A DNA stretch of 64,000 nt. Origin: Promethearchaeota archaeon. Its GTDB lineage: Archaea; Asgardarchaeota; Lokiarchaeia; Sigyniarchaeales; SOKP01. Numbering within the stretch: the stretch's first letter is position 1; every line of letters begins with the position of its first letter. Below are positions 35,105 through 46,135 of this stretch, piece after piece. Position numbers and translations under genes: made by a program. Location of the stretch: NCBI GenBank assembly GCA_019057865.1, contig JAHLWP010000016.1:17511-81510 (forward strand), read 5' to 3'. Under the pieces are notes generated by a model. The model ran no database searches. It was not told the DNA's origin and saw only the letters and a list, made by a program, of their open reading frames with translations.

Positions 35105-37201
35105 TCAAGTGAAGTATCTTTTATTATCAAAATTTCTATTATTTTTCTTTATCGCCTCGATTTCTTCTAATTCTTCTTTTAAAGATTCACTTTTATTTTC
35201 AATTAAATATATTTCTTTTTGTAGATTCTTAAAAGTTCTAAAATAATCAATCTCTGAAATAATTCCTTGATCAAATTTTGCATCAAGTGTTTTTAATGTT
35301 TCTTTTAGACTATATCTATCTTTATTTAATTCAAATAACTTTTCACGTTTTTCTTTATCGAGTTTAAATATTTTTCTATTACTTTTATAAGTATTTTCTG
35401 TTGGAAGATTCTCTGGATCAAATAAATCAGATAAATGATTTCTATTATAATCTGTATAATCCGATATCGGATTGGAATAACGATTTGTAGATGCTGTATT
35501 ATAGAATTCAGGATTTATGAAATTCGGGTGATCTGGAGTGGGGAGATTGAATTTTTGTGCCTGCCCTAATTTTCTCATCAAAAGATTTTTATGTCCGAAA
35601 TCAGAAAACTCATCATTATATAAGTTTGCCCTTTGAGGGCGATAGTTTTGAAATCTATTAGGATTATGAAGATCCTGAATAAAATATTCGTTTACATCTT
35701 GGTCAGATGCTAAATACTGATGTAAAGGGTTTGAATAATAACTCAGATCTACGGGTAATTGAGTAGCTGGACTTCTCACATAAGACGGATAAGTAAAACC
35801 TGGATAAATTTTTAAATTTTCTGGAAAAAAGTTGCTCTTTAGATTAGTTAAAAATTGTTTTTTAGGCCAAAATTGCTGTAAATTTTGGTTTTGATGATAT
35901 GGATATTGATGATGATTTTGATTAGGATGATAATGTATTAGACTGTCTTGGTAATTAATGCGTTGAGCTAATCCTTTATTATAATTACTTATATTTTCAA
36001 ATCCTTTATTGTATTGACATTTTAAGCTAAAGAAAGAGTTGATACTTTCTTCAATAAAATTTATCAAATCATTTAACTCAATATCAATGTTTTGAAGTTG
36101 TGTAGTTGATTTGTTATCTATAATATTAGATTCATCAAAGGTTCTTGCTAAAAGTATGTATTCAATTACTCTTGAAATAGCATTAGGAGGAAGAGTAAAT
36201 TCATATTTTCCATATTCAAATTCTAAATATAATTTTTTGAATACTTTACCTTTTTCTCTAATCCTAGTTAAATCACGAACTGGTGCTTTAAAAGTTAACT
36301 CTTGCTTTTTTTTTCCTACTCCATACTTATGAACAAATGAGAGATCTAAATTGGATATAAATAAAATACCCTTATTTTTCTTGAATTTATCTTGAGTATT
36401 TAATCCATTAATTAATTTTGCATAAATTGCATAGACTGGTTTCTCATTTTCTGCTAAACTTAGAAATTTTTTATAAGTTGAAAAATAAAAGCTGATTCTG
36501 TCAATGAAGTTCAGATTCTTTTCAAAAGGAACCATGCTTTCATTGAAAGTTTTAACATTAGTATTAATGAACTCATTGATTGAATTATAATTTCTCAATA
36601 GATTTTCCAAAATCCCTTCAATTATAGTTAAATTAGAATTAGGCTGAGAAAAGATATCAAAAAAGTACTCTTTATTCTGATCTAATTGGTGGAAATGGTG
36701 ATTTGTTTTTTCATATAAAGTATTTTTTATATAGATAAATAATTTAAAAAGAGCTAATAAATCTGATTCCATTTTAGGGAAATGATAGCATTTAATAGGG
36801 GGATCTCTGGCTCTATAGATTTCTTGGCGAAGTTTATATAATTTTTGCAATATTTCATTAATAGGGTTAATGAATAAACGTACATCTTTAATTGTTTCTA
36901 AAAATTTCTTCTCTAATTCTTCTTTTTTTTCATAAATATTTATTATTTGATGTGAATTACATTTTGGGCAAGATTTTAAAACTTGATTTACTTTGACAAT
37001 ATTTTCTTTACCACAATCTCTGCATACTTTCTTTTTTTCAGAATCTAAAGTTTCAATATTTCTAGACTTACAATCTTGACAGATAAAAAACTCGAATTTA
37101 TTCTCATGTAAGCAATCAGAACAACTAGATATACCACACTCTTGGCAATAATAAGCTATTTTAACATAACTGTGACAAAATCGGCACATTTGTTCTGACA
37201 T
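35105..37201 (-). CDS. Multi-zinc-finger protein with coiled coil, PH-like segment and N/Q/Y-rich low-complexity region
   Basis: Six CxxC at N-terminus; GILFISNLDLSF...FKAPV; low-complexity aa ~400-600. Confidence 0.8.
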   Translation of the reverse strand: MSEQMCRFCHSYVKIAYYCQECGISSCSDCLHENKFEFFICQDCKSRNIETLDSEKKKVCRDCGKENIVKVNQVLKSCPKCNSHQIINIYEKKEELEKKFLETIKDVRLFINPINEILQKLYKLRQEIYRARDPPIKCYHFPKMESDLLALFKLFIYIKNTLYEKTNHHFHQLDQNKEYFFDIFSQPNSNLTIIEGILENLLRNYNSINEFINTNVKTFNESMVPFEKNLNFIDRISFYFSTYKKFLSLAENEKPVYAIYAKLINGLNTQDKFKKNKGILFISNLDLSFVHKYGVGKKKQELTFKAPVRDLTRIREKGKVFKKLYLEFEYGKYEFTLPPNAISRVIEYILLARTFDESNIIDNKSTTQLQNIDIELNDLINFIEESINSFFSLKCQYNKGFENISNYNKGLAQRINYQDSLIHYHPNQNHHQYPYHQNQNLQQFWPKKQFLTNLKSNFFPENLKIYPGFTYPSYVRSPATQLPVDLSYYSNPLHQYLASDQDVNEYFIQDLHNPNRFQNYRPQRANLYNDEFSDFGHKNLLMRKLGQAQKFNLPTPDHPNFINPEFYNTASTNRYSNPISDYTDYNRNHLSDLFDPENLPTENTYKSNRKIFKLDKEKREKLFELNKDRYSLKETLKTLDAKFDQGIISEIDYFRTFKNLQKEIYLIENKSESLKEELEEIEAIKKNNRNFDNKRYFT

Positions 37202-37419
37202 TTTTATTATAAAACCCAGCCTAATAATATGAAAAAATCTTAAATAAACTATTAATCAAAAAAGAAATATTATCTCATCATCAAAAATAAGTATAATATT
37301 TATGTAATACCTATACAAAGTCAAGAATAATTAATTAAGAACGTAAGTTTGACTATTTTATAAATTTTGAAAACAAGTTAAATGATATTTATACTATTTT
37401 AAATAGTATTTTAACAACT

Positions 37420-37713
37420 TTATTTGATAATTCTAACTTTAGTACCAAGTGCTTTTCCTGGGACACCTGCTTTTTTAAAATGGGCTCTTACAGCACCACT
37501 ATTTCCATGAGCTCGTGTTATTACTCCCCTCAAATTTTTACCAGTAGGAGTAGTCCAGATTACTGTTCTTCCTATCAATTTATTCGCTTCTTTTCTAGTT
37601 TCAATATTTGGAAATATTAAAATACAGTGTTTAGGATGAATTGTATGGCGCCCTCTCCTATAATTGGAGATAACTCCTTCCAACCCCAATAATTCTATTT
37701 TATTTGATGCCAT
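37420..37713 (-). CDS. rpl35ae: 50S ribosomal protein L35Ae
   Basis: NYRRGRH, GVITRAHGNSGAVRAHF. Confidence 0.95.
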   Translation of the reverse strand: MASNKIELLGLEGVISNYRRGRHTIHPKHCILIFPNIETRKEANKLIGRTVIWTTPTGKNLRGVITRAHGNSGAVRAHFKKAGVPGKALGTKVRIIK

Positions 37714-37835
37714 TTAATAAAACCCATTGATAAGCTTTTATTACCTATTTTTTGTAAAATATTCCAAAACTATTAAGTTTTTTCAATTATAATGCAGTTT
37801 TTAGAAAAGTAAAATAACTTACTGGAATCTTTTGA

Positions 37836-38993
37836 TTATAATAACTCGAAAGATTTTTCCCAAGCTTCTAAATTTATTGATTCTATTTCATTATCAAAAT
37901 TATCTTCGGATATTTTACCTTCCTGAGTAATTAATTCATTTACTTTTGAAATAAGCTCATTTTCTATATTTATTAGCTCATTTTTCTTACTAAATAGTTT
38001 ATGGGATGCATTTTTACACCATACCCAGTCGAGATTAATTTTTTTATAAGGTCCAGGCTTATAATATTTTTTTTCACCAATTGGAAATGAATAAGGCTTA
38101 TAACTACTCAAGCAAGGAAGAGTTGTGCCTGTAAACCAATGAATTGATTTCTTTCCTTTTCTTAAATGGGATACTTGAGATCCTGTTGATTCAAAACCTC
38201 CATGCATACAAATTCCAGCCTGATGATCTCTTAAGAATTCCATCATCATCTTAGAAGTGATTTTTCCCTTACTATTATTAAGTAAATATGTTGCCTTTCC
38301 TCCTCTTGAATATTGTACTATTGATGGAGCTGAACCGCAGAAAGTTATAGCAAAATCAAAATCATCATCATCTTTACAATATCCTTTTTCAATGGCATGC
38401 TGAATTATACCTCTTCTCCTGATATCACTATTTCCTCTAATAGAGAGTTCATTTGATATAGATCTTACACCTTTTACTTTTTCAGCAATCCACCATTCAT
38501 CAGCAGTCTCCAAAACATAAGCTTCTTCTGGGTCTGCAATTAAAAATGAGTTATGATACATCCAACCTGGATCATCATATGAACAACCTCCACCTTGTCC
38601 ATATTTTTCTAATAAGTTAGTAATTATTTCCAAGGCTTGTTTTGCTCTTTTTCCCCTTTCAAGACCTAACCTCAGTAAATCCATCCCTAACAATCCAGCG
38701 TTTCTCAAGCGTTCATATGTATAAACAGCTTCATTTCCAATTACAACATCATGCTCATTAGCACCCATTTCTGCACCCCACATCCACCAAGGTTGGCTTA
38801 ATAAAACTGCTATAGTCTCAGAAACTTGAGGAATCGATATATATGTACATTTTACTTCTTCTCCCATTGAGTGTTCAGTTCTTGGAGCATAAGTTATTAA
38901 TTGAACTTCATTGGAAGGGCGATCTGAGTTTTTTCCAAAGATAACACTACCATCTTTTGTCGAATTCCCTAAAGCAACGAGAGTATCACACAT
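37836..38993 (-). CDS. Peptidase C69 (secernin-like)
   Basis: MCDT N-terminus, GKNSDR, WGAEMGANE, LGMDLLRLGLER. Confidence 0.93.
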   Translation of the reverse strand: MCDTLVALGNSTKDGSVIFGKNSDRPSNEVQLITYAPRTEHSMGEEVKCTYISIPQVSETIAVLLSQPWWMWGAEMGANEHDVVIGNEAVYTYERLRNAGLLGMDLLRLGLERGKRAKQALEIITNLLEKYGQGGGCSYDDPGWMYHNSFLIADPEEAYVLETADEWWIAEKVKGVRSISNELSIRGNSDIRRRGIIQHAIEKGYCKDDDDFDFAITFCGSAPSIVQYSRGGKATYLLNNSKGKITSKMMMEFLRDHQAGICMHGGFESTGSQVSHLRKGKKSIHWFTGTTLPCLSSYKPYSFPIGEKKYYKPGPYKKINLDWVWCKNASHKLFSKKNELINIENELISKVNELITQEGKISEDNFDNEIESINLEAWEKSFELL

Positions 38994-39045
38994 TTTTTCT
39001 CATTTTAAAAAACTTTATTAAGTAAAAATATACCTTATTTTTCAG

Positions 39046-40266
39046 TTATCTAAGATAATTCAAAGCAGTTAATGCATAGATTTTAGTAACATTTATCACA
39101 TCCTCTATATAAACAAACTCATCTTGGGCATGATAATTATTCTCTCCTCGAAAGGGACCAATCAAAATAGTTTCAATTCCTTTTTCTTGAAAGAAATGAG
39201 CGTCTGTAGTTGGGATAAAAGTTTTAAAATTTCTATCTTCATTAAAAACAACTTTAAATGCCTTTTTGACTATTTTAGCAAAAATAGAATTAGTATCTGT
39301 TATTTGTGGTTTAATAAAAGCTGGTATTTGGACTATTATATTTAAATTAGGATCTTTTCTTTTAAGTTCCTCAACAAAATTTAAGATCTTCTTTTTTATA
39401 TTCTCCAAATCAATTTCTGGAATAACGCTGATTAAACAATGTAAAAGACAGTTGCTAGGGGTTGTATTAACTGAATTACCTCCATTTATTATTGTAAAAT
39501 TTACTGAACCTATTCTAGATGGAAGATCAGGAGGTAAAGGATATTTAGTTTCTATTTTTTGGAATTCTTCTTGTAATTCCATTAAAAAATTCATAATTTC
39601 TACCATTTTTGCAATAGCATTTATTCCAGAATATTTATTACGATTAGGGGGAGGCAAATCTGGATACGCTTGAGCATGTCGGCGTATTCCTTGAATGTTA
39701 AAACTTATCTGCATTGTCCCACCTCGAAAAGCAATTGGATAATCGCAAGGAGCATCCCCTAATAAACAAGCATCTCCTTTTATAACTTCATCATTAACAA
39801 GGTATTCAGCCCCTAATAAACCTCCAATTTCTTCATTAATTACAGCAGTAATAGTTAATCTTCCATTAATATCAATTCCGGTATCTAATAGAGCTTTAGT
39901 AGCGAAAATTTCTGCTGCTACACATGCTTTGTCGTCAGCAGCCCCTCTTCCGTAAATTTTATTTCTAATAATTTCACCTCCATAAGGGTCTTTAGTCCAG
40001 CCATCATAAGTCGCGACTGTATCAAGATGAGCATTAAATATAAGAGTAGGACCGTTTTCATTTCCTATTTCTCCAATAACATTGTTTCTTTTTACTTTCG
40101 TACTTATTTCAAATTCCTTCAGTTTTGATGCTACAAATTTAGATATTTCTCTATATTTCCCTGGCGGCACTTCAGAAGGTATTCTAATCAATTCCTGGAG
40201 AAATTGTATAATTTCATCTTTCATACCTTCTATTTTTTCAAGAATTACCTTTTCTATGTTATCCAT
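39046..40266 (-). CDS. M20 (ArgE/DapE-like) metallopeptidase
   Basis: NAHLDTV, GRGAADDK, NEEIGG, HAQDE. Confidence 0.93.
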   Translation of the reverse strand: MDNIEKVILEKIEGMKDEIIQFLQELIRIPSEVPPGKYREISKFVASKLKEFEISTKVKRNNVIGEIGNENGPTLIFNAHLDTVATYDGWTKDPYGGEIIRNKIYGRGAADDKACVAAEIFATKALLDTGIDINGRLTITAVINEEIGGLLGAEYLVNDEVIKGDACLLGDAPCDYPIAFRGGTMQISFNIQGIRRHAQAYPDLPPPNRNKYSGINAIAKMVEIMNFLMELQEEFQKIETKYPLPPDLPSRIGSVNFTIINGGNSVNTTPSNCLLHCLISVIPEIDLENIKKKILNFVEELKRKDPNLNIIVQIPAFIKPQITDTNSIFAKIVKKAFKVVFNEDRNFKTFIPTTDAHFFQEKGIETILIGPFRGENNYHAQDEFVYIEDVINVTKIYALTALNYLR

Positions 40267-40389
40267 AATTTTGCAACCACAAATTTTTATATTTGTTTAA
40301 AATTTGAAATGTAATTTTTAATATAAAATATCCTATGATTAAAATATGAAGGTTTAAGGGTACTATTTATAAAAATAAAAAAAAAATCT

Positions 40390-40764
40390 TTAAATTACTG
40401 CTATTGCATCAATTTCAATTAGTGCAGTTGGTAGTGGACAAACTGCTTCTATAGTGCTTCGGGTGGGGAATTTTTCTGATACTCCATTCTGTTCAAAAAA
40501 ATCTTTATAAACTTCATTCATTTCCTTAAAATCATCCATATTTTTAAGATATACTCCAATTTTAACTAGGCTTCTAACATTTGCCCCTGCAGCCTTTAGA
40601 ACTTTTTTAACCTTTTCAAGAGCACTTAAAGTCTGTTCTTTTATGTTCTTGGCCTTTTGATCAGGTACTTGCCCCGATATGAAGATTAGATTACCTGCTT
40701 TTAGACCAAGACTATAAGGACCTGCTTTCGGAGCTCCTGTGTCAATTATCTCAATATCTACCAT
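40390..40764 (-). CDS. ridA: RidA family enamine/imine deaminase
   Basis: GPYS, ISGQVP, PTRSTIE, IEIDAIA. Confidence 0.92.
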   Translation of the reverse strand: MVDIEIIDTGAPKAGPYSLGLKAGNLIFISGQVPDQKAKNIKEQTLSALEKVKKVLKAAGANVRSLVKIGVYLKNMDDFKEMNEVYKDFFEQNGVSEKFPTRSTIEAVCPLPTALIEIDAIAVI

Positions 40765-41058
40765 CTTATTTACAACCTTAAATTGCTTATATTTAAATTT
40801 AGTAATTAATATAAGTAATAATTAAAATTATAGTTAAGTTTTAATAAGAAAATTAAGATAAAATAATTTTAATTCAACTTATATGAGAAAATAGTATAAC
40901 TCTGTAACATCAAATTTTTTTGTCGCAATTGTATCATACAAATGTATTTTTAATTAAGTTTTAATAAAAACATTTTTTTAAAGACTTAAACCTATTTATT
41001 TTTAAATGACCTAATTTTAAAATTAATTTTTGACTAGTAACTGCGTTCTAGAAAAGTA

Positions 41059-42861
41059 TTGAGTGCTTTGATCGAAAAAAAAGATAAAATTTGGATATAT
41101 ACTTTTGAATATTCAGGAATCGCAAAGATGGGGGGTCTTGGAGAAGTACCCGCAAACCAAGCTAAGCACTTAAAGGATAAATATGATATTACTGTTTTTA
41201 TTCCCTCTCATGGTCAAATTGATCGTTTAAAAATTATTAATACATGGGAGAGATTACCGCTTAAATGTACTGGAAAAATTAATCTCCAATTTTTCGGAAA
41301 TGATGAAGCTAAAGGGAATTATAATATCTCTTTTTATAGGTTTATAATAAATAATGTTAATGTGTTTTTGTTAACAGGTGAAAACTCATTTACAAAAAGA
41401 TTTTTAGACGATAAGGATATCTATAACCCTGATACGATAAATGTAAAAATTTGCCTTTTTAGCCTTGGAATCCGCTGTTTAATTGACTTTTTAATTGAAA
41501 ACAGAAAAGAAGATTTACCAGATGTTATTCACTTACATGATTATCATGTGGTATTTCCATATATCGGAGTTAAGCAAAGATTAATTATAAATGGATTAGA
41601 TGTACCATCAATAATTACTATACATTTATTAACTTGGCCAAGGTATCCTATTGATTTTTATAGAGCTTGTGGTATCAGTAAGATTCCAATTAAGATACTT
41701 CTAAAAGAAGGGTTTAAATCATTTACAATAGATGAAATATTTTCTCTCTGTTCAGATTCAAGTTTGCAACAACCCCCCTCGGTTGAAAAAATAGGAGCTG
41801 TGATTTGTGATCTCGTTACTACAGTTAGTCAATCCTATTTAAAGTCAGATATTATACCTTATTGTGGTAAGGACTTAATAGATTTTAAGTCTGATTTTAT
41901 TTGGGATGGATGTGATTGGGAATATTTTGAGATATATCGAAATGTACTTCAATCTTTCGGAAAAGAAATTAAAGAATTATTGAATATTCCGCTACAAAAT
42001 GAAATATCCCATACTCATTTAAAGGAATATTTATTAAAGTATAAAATTGGGCATTTAAGTCAGAGTCCATTAATAAATTCAACTAAAGTACTCTCTGCAA
42101 TTAATGAAATTTCCAATGGAAATCCTTTTATAAGGAATGGCACAATTAAACCATTTTCTGAATCAGGACCTTTAGTAATCACAACAGGCAGAATTTCTCC
42201 TCAGAAAGGGTTTGAAACTATATTTGAAGCAATTCCAGAAGTCCTTAAAGTTATTCCAAATATTAAACTTTTATTCCTTATTTTACCCACTGATTATAGC
42301 TTAAATGAAATAATACAATATGCTAAATTTGTAAAAAAATATCCAAACAACATTAGAATAATATTTGGTGTAGCTTCAGAAATATATTATTTAGCACATA
42401 TCGCTTCAGATGTATATTGTGCTTTATCTCGATGGGAACCATTTGGTATTAACGCCTTAGAAGCGATGGCATCAAAAATCCCAATAATTGCTACTCAAGT
42501 AGGAGGATTTCAAGAAACAATCATAGATATGATAAAATACCCAGAAATCGGCACGGGCATTTTAATTGAAAAAGAAAATCCTTCTCAATTTTCAAATGCT
42601 TTAATTTCTCTCCTTAAATTAGCAGAACTTTCAGAGAAAATTAAAAACTCAGGATCAATTTATGAAACAGAAACCTTTAAAATTGTAAATCAGATTCCTG
42701 ATGAAATAATTAAATCTCGAGTCTTATTAGATGCTAATTATTATAATAAGATTAGAGAGAATTGTTATAAAAGAGTAAAAAATAATTTTAGATGGGAAAT
42801 TGTATCTAAGAAATTAGTGGAGCTTTATGAAAGAATAAAAAACCCACATACAGTACATTAA
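41059..42861 (+). CDS. glgA: Glycogen/starch synthase (GT5)
   Basis: KMGGLGEV, HLHDYH, GRISPQKG, SRWEPFG. Confidence 0.9.
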   Translation: MSALIEKKDKIWIYTFEYSGIAKMGGLGEVPANQAKHLKDKYDITVFIPSHGQIDRLKIINTWERLPLKCTGKINLQFFGNDEAKGNYNISFYRFIINNVNVFLLTGENSFTKRFLDDKDIYNPDTINVKICLFSLGIRCLIDFLIENRKEDLPDVIHLHDYHVVFPYIGVKQRLIINGLDVPSIITIHLLTWPRYPIDFYRACGISKIPIKILLKEGFKSFTIDEIFSLCSDSSLQQPPSVEKIGAVICDLVTTVSQSYLKSDIIPYCGKDLIDFKSDFIWDGCDWEYFEIYRNVLQSFGKEIKELLNIPLQNEISHTHLKEYLLKYKIGHLSQSPLINSTKVLSAINEISNGNPFIRNGTIKPFSESGPLVITTGRISPQKGFETIFEAIPEVLKVIPNIKLLFLILPTDYSLNEIIQYAKFVKKYPNNIRIIFGVASEIYYLAHIASDVYCALSRWEPFGINALEAMASKIPIIATQVGGFQETIIDMIKYPEIGTGILIEKENPSQFSNALISLLKLAELSEKIKNSGSIYETETFKIVNQIPDEIIKSRVLLDANYYNKIRENCYKRVKNNFRWEIVSKKLVELYERIKNPHTVH

Positions 42862-42878
42862 ATAAAAGGCGTAATTAA

Positions 42879-44093
42879 GTGATAATATCAAGAAAATCAA
42901 CAATTCTTATTTTAATTTCTGTTTTTATTATTAATACTGCAGCTATAATAGTTTATACTTATCTACCTAAATATTTATTGGATTTGGGCACAGAAAGACC
43001 ATTAATGCAACTTATAATCACAATTTTTCCTCTAACTGCTTTTATTTTCCCTCCATTATATGGATATCTCTCAGATAAAACTCAGAATAGATTTGTATTT
43101 ATAGTATTCGGTACGATTGGTATTAATTTTAGTTATTTCTTTTTATTCTTAACTCAAGATTTAATATTAATAGTTATTGTGCTATTTTTTTTTGGTTTTT
43201 TTATGGCATCATCAAATTTGTTTATGACACTGTTTGCTGAGTTAGTAGAAGATGATAAAACTCTCATTTCTTATTTTAACGCTATAGTAGTGGCGGGTTG
43301 GTTCGTTGGAGCTCAATCTGGAGGTATTTTAATTGATATTTATGAAATAGAGAATATAATGTTATTTACATTATTAATTTCTTTACCTACTATAATTTTT
43401 GTCGCTTTTATAAGGGAAAATAGGTCTTTGATATTAGAAAGGTATAATAATAAGGTGGAAAAAAATCCTAATGACTTAATTTTAAATGATCCTGAAGAAT
43501 ATAATCCAATTTCTCAATCAATCTATTATGGTTTATTTTTTAGAAATTTTAGTATTAAACCAATTATGCCTATACTTGCCATAATTATGGCTTTTCATTT
43601 AAGTAGTGATACTGAGATTGGGTTTTTGATCGGAATAAATTTTTTATTGCAAATTTTTCAGATGTTGTTAATAGGACAGTTAATTTCCATTAAAAATATT
43701 AAATCTTTCATGATTATTGGTTATTTTTTTAGCGCCATTACAGTTTTCGGATACATAATATCAACCAACTTTTGGAGTTATTTATTTTTCCAATTTTTTG
43801 TTTCTTTCAGTTATTCCATGCATTGGGCAGCGACTATTACATATATAGCTCAAAATACTATACCTAAAAATAAAGGTAGATATATGGGATATGCGAATAC
43901 TAGCGTTTTTTCAGGAAGTTTCGCAGGAGGACTTTTATTCAGTTTATTATTATTGTCATTTAATTCAGATTATTATATTGCTATGTCTTTTATGATAGTA
44001 TTTCCACTAATTTCTACTTTTATAATTTTTTTGAAATTTAAGCCAAGCAAAATAATAACTAAGAATTCCAAAAAGGATATAATCTCTGACTGA
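42879..44093 (+). CDS. MFS transporter
   Basis: YGYLSDK motif A; about 12 TM. Confidence 0.88.
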   Translation: MIISRKSTILILISVFIINTAAIIVYTYLPKYLLDLGTERPLMQLIITIFPLTAFIFPPLYGYLSDKTQNRFVFIVFGTIGINFSYFFLFLTQDLILIVIVLFFFGFFMASSNLFMTLFAELVEDDKTLISYFNAIVVAGWFVGAQSGGILIDIYEIENIMLFTLLISLPTIIFVAFIRENRSLILERYNNKVEKNPNDLILNDPEEYNPISQSIYYGLFFRNFSIKPIMPILAIIMAFHLSSDTEIGFLIGINFLLQIFQMLLIGQLISIKNIKSFMIIGYFFSAITVFGYIISTNFWSYLFFQFFVSFSYSMHWAATITYIAQNTIPKNKGRYMGYANTSVFSGSFAGGLLFSLLLLSFNSDYYIAMSFMIVFPLISTFIIFLKFKPSKIITKNSKKDIISD

Positions 44094-46029
44094 TTGCATT
44101 TTTTTTATCCGGAACTAATTCTAATTCTTTTTTTACCCATTCAGAGATCCATTGATATTTATTTTTAAATCTGCTATCCATAAAAATTAAGCTTCCTTTA
44201 TCAGTTAGTCTTCTTATTGGACGTCCTGAAGCTTGATTAGCCCTTTGAATCGCAGGATAGAGATAAGCAAAATTCCATCCTTGTTTATTAAAAACTTTAT
44301 TATAATACTCAATTTTCGCTTCTACCCGTGGAGTTGGTAAGTGATAAGGGAATCCTGCGATTACAACAGAATTCATAAAATCCCCAGGATAATCTTCTCC
44401 TTCAGAATTCCTACCACCACAAACACCTAGTAATACAGCACCATTATTAGGTGGCTGGGACATAGATTTAAAATCTTCAACCATAATAGCATTTTCTGAT
44501 GCAGATAAGCCTGATTCTTCAAAAAATAGCTTTTTATTGTTCTTTTTTACTATTAATTCTAAACCATTTGAAACTAAGCCTTTTAAAATTTTATAAGAAG
44601 CACAAAAAATACCTGAATTTGCTGGAGTGCAATATAGAACCTCATCTATTTTTTCATTCATCTTCTTAAACATAGCTGGATTTCTATTGTCATTTTTAGT
44701 ATTAACGCCTTCAATGATAAATGCTTTAATATTTTCTTTTTTAAAAGGGGAATCAGCTATGATTCCTTTATAACTTTTTCCACTCTCATTTAACCCGATT
44801 AAATAGTTATATACATAAGGATTAGCTGTCCCAGACAGGTTTAAACAAGTGTATACATTTCTTAGGATTGGAATAGTAATCTCCCTTGGATCTAACGCCA
44901 CAATTTCAAGCGATATTGATCTTTTACCCTTCTTCTCCTTTAAATTATAACAAAAAAAATAGCTATCTAAGAGATAGGTTTTTAACCATTTTAGCCAAAA
45001 TTCTGCTAAAGATCCAACAAAATCTCTTGAAATGTCACCATTTGCTATTTTCTCTTCATGAATCGATAAACTGAAACCATAAAGATCTTTTATAAAATTT
45101 TTAAATTCAATTAGATCTCTAAATCCTAATTTTTTATAAATTACTTCTAAGAAAATATCTGGTTTTACTTCTTGTTCTTCCCCCTTGAAGTATTCTTTTT
45201 TATTTTTTAATAGATTCATTAAAATTTTAATAAAACTCTGCATAAGAATGGGGGATCTGTACATTTCTAAATCTTTTAAGCATAATCTTAAGGAATAAGG
45301 TGAAATTTTTTCTGAATTTACATCTGTAGCTGTGTCAATTAAATTATGACATTCATCAATGACTAAAATAAATTTATGAAGTTCTTGATCAATAAATTTT
45401 AAGAAAGTTTCTCGAATAAAAGGATTAAAAATCCATTGATAATTGCATATTATGATTTTCATCTCTTTAAGTAGGAATTTACTAAGAAAATAAGGGCAAA
45501 GCTTCTCATCTTTGCAGAATTTTATGAGATCTTCTGCATCAACAGGTTTATTGAACAAATCTGGAGCTAATAATACAGGGGTATCTACTCTATCTTTTTT
45601 TTTCAGTAAATTTAAAAAATGAATACAATTATTATTTTTTCTTAAATCATTACATACTGACATTGATTCCCTTGGATTTAATTTTAAAGATAACAAGGTT
45701 TTATTTAAGCACATCTCGTTTCTTCCTCTAATTGAGAGACCATTTAATTTTATTTTTGTATTATTTTTTTTTAAAAGTTGAAAGATCTTGTTTAATTCTT
45801 TTATTATTCTTGTATTTTGAGAGTGTGTTCTACAGGTATAAATAATCTTTAAGTCTTTCTCGTAAGCTAAAGGAAGAAGTCCACTTAAAGCAATTATTGT
45901 CTTTCCAGTACCATTGGGAGAAACTAACAAAATATTTTTCTTCGATTTCGAATTTAATTCAATCTGCTTGATAATTTTTTCTTGTTCTTCTCTAAATTGT
46001 CTGTAAGGAAAAAAAGTTTGATAATCTAT
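44059..46029 (-). CDS. XPD/Rad3-family Fe-S DNA helicase, probable ATA start at 46029
   Basis: Frame extends upstream of the track start to include Q motif FPYRQFREEQ; SPNGTGKT, Fe-S Cys residues, DECH, SEGED, QASGRPIR. Confidence 0.92.
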   Translation of the reverse strand: MDYQTFFPYRQFREEQEKIIKQIELNSKSKKNILLVSPNGTGKTIIALSGLLPLAYEKDLKIIYTCRTHSQNTRIIKELNKIFQLLKKNNTKIKLNGLSIRGRNEMCLNKTLLSLKLNPRESMSVCNDLRKNNNCIHFLNLLKKKDRVDTPVLLAPDLFNKPVDAEDLIKFCKDEKLCPYFLSKFLLKEMKIIICNYQWIFNPFIRETFLKFIDQELHKFILVIDECHNLIDTATDVNSEKISPYSLRLCLKDLEMYRSPILMQSFIKILMNLLKNKKEYFKGEEQEVKPDIFLEVIYKKLGFRDLIEFKNFIKDLYGFSLSIHEEKIANGDISRDFVGSLAEFWLKWLKTYLLDSYFFCYNLKEKKGKRSISLEIVALDPREITIPILRNVYTCLNLSGTANPYVYNYLIGLNESGKSYKGIIADSPFKKENIKAFIIEGVNTKNDNRNPAMFKKMNEKIDEVLYCTPANSGIFCASYKILKGLVSNGLELIVKKNNKKLFFEESGLSASENAIMVEDFKSMSQPPNNGAVLLGVCGGRNSEGEDYPGDFMNSVVIAGFPYHLPTPRVEAKIEYYNKVFNKQGWNFAYLYPAIQRANQASGRPIRRLTDKGSLIFMDSRFKNKYQWISEWVKKELELVPDKKNAISQRLYPFWNS

Positions 46030-46135
46030 GTTTATACACCAAAAGTGGGATAAAAATTAACTTAAAAAAATATTTTTTTAAAAGTTTATATTAGTATAGG
46101 GTATAAAAATTTATTTATTAAAGTATAAGTTTAAC

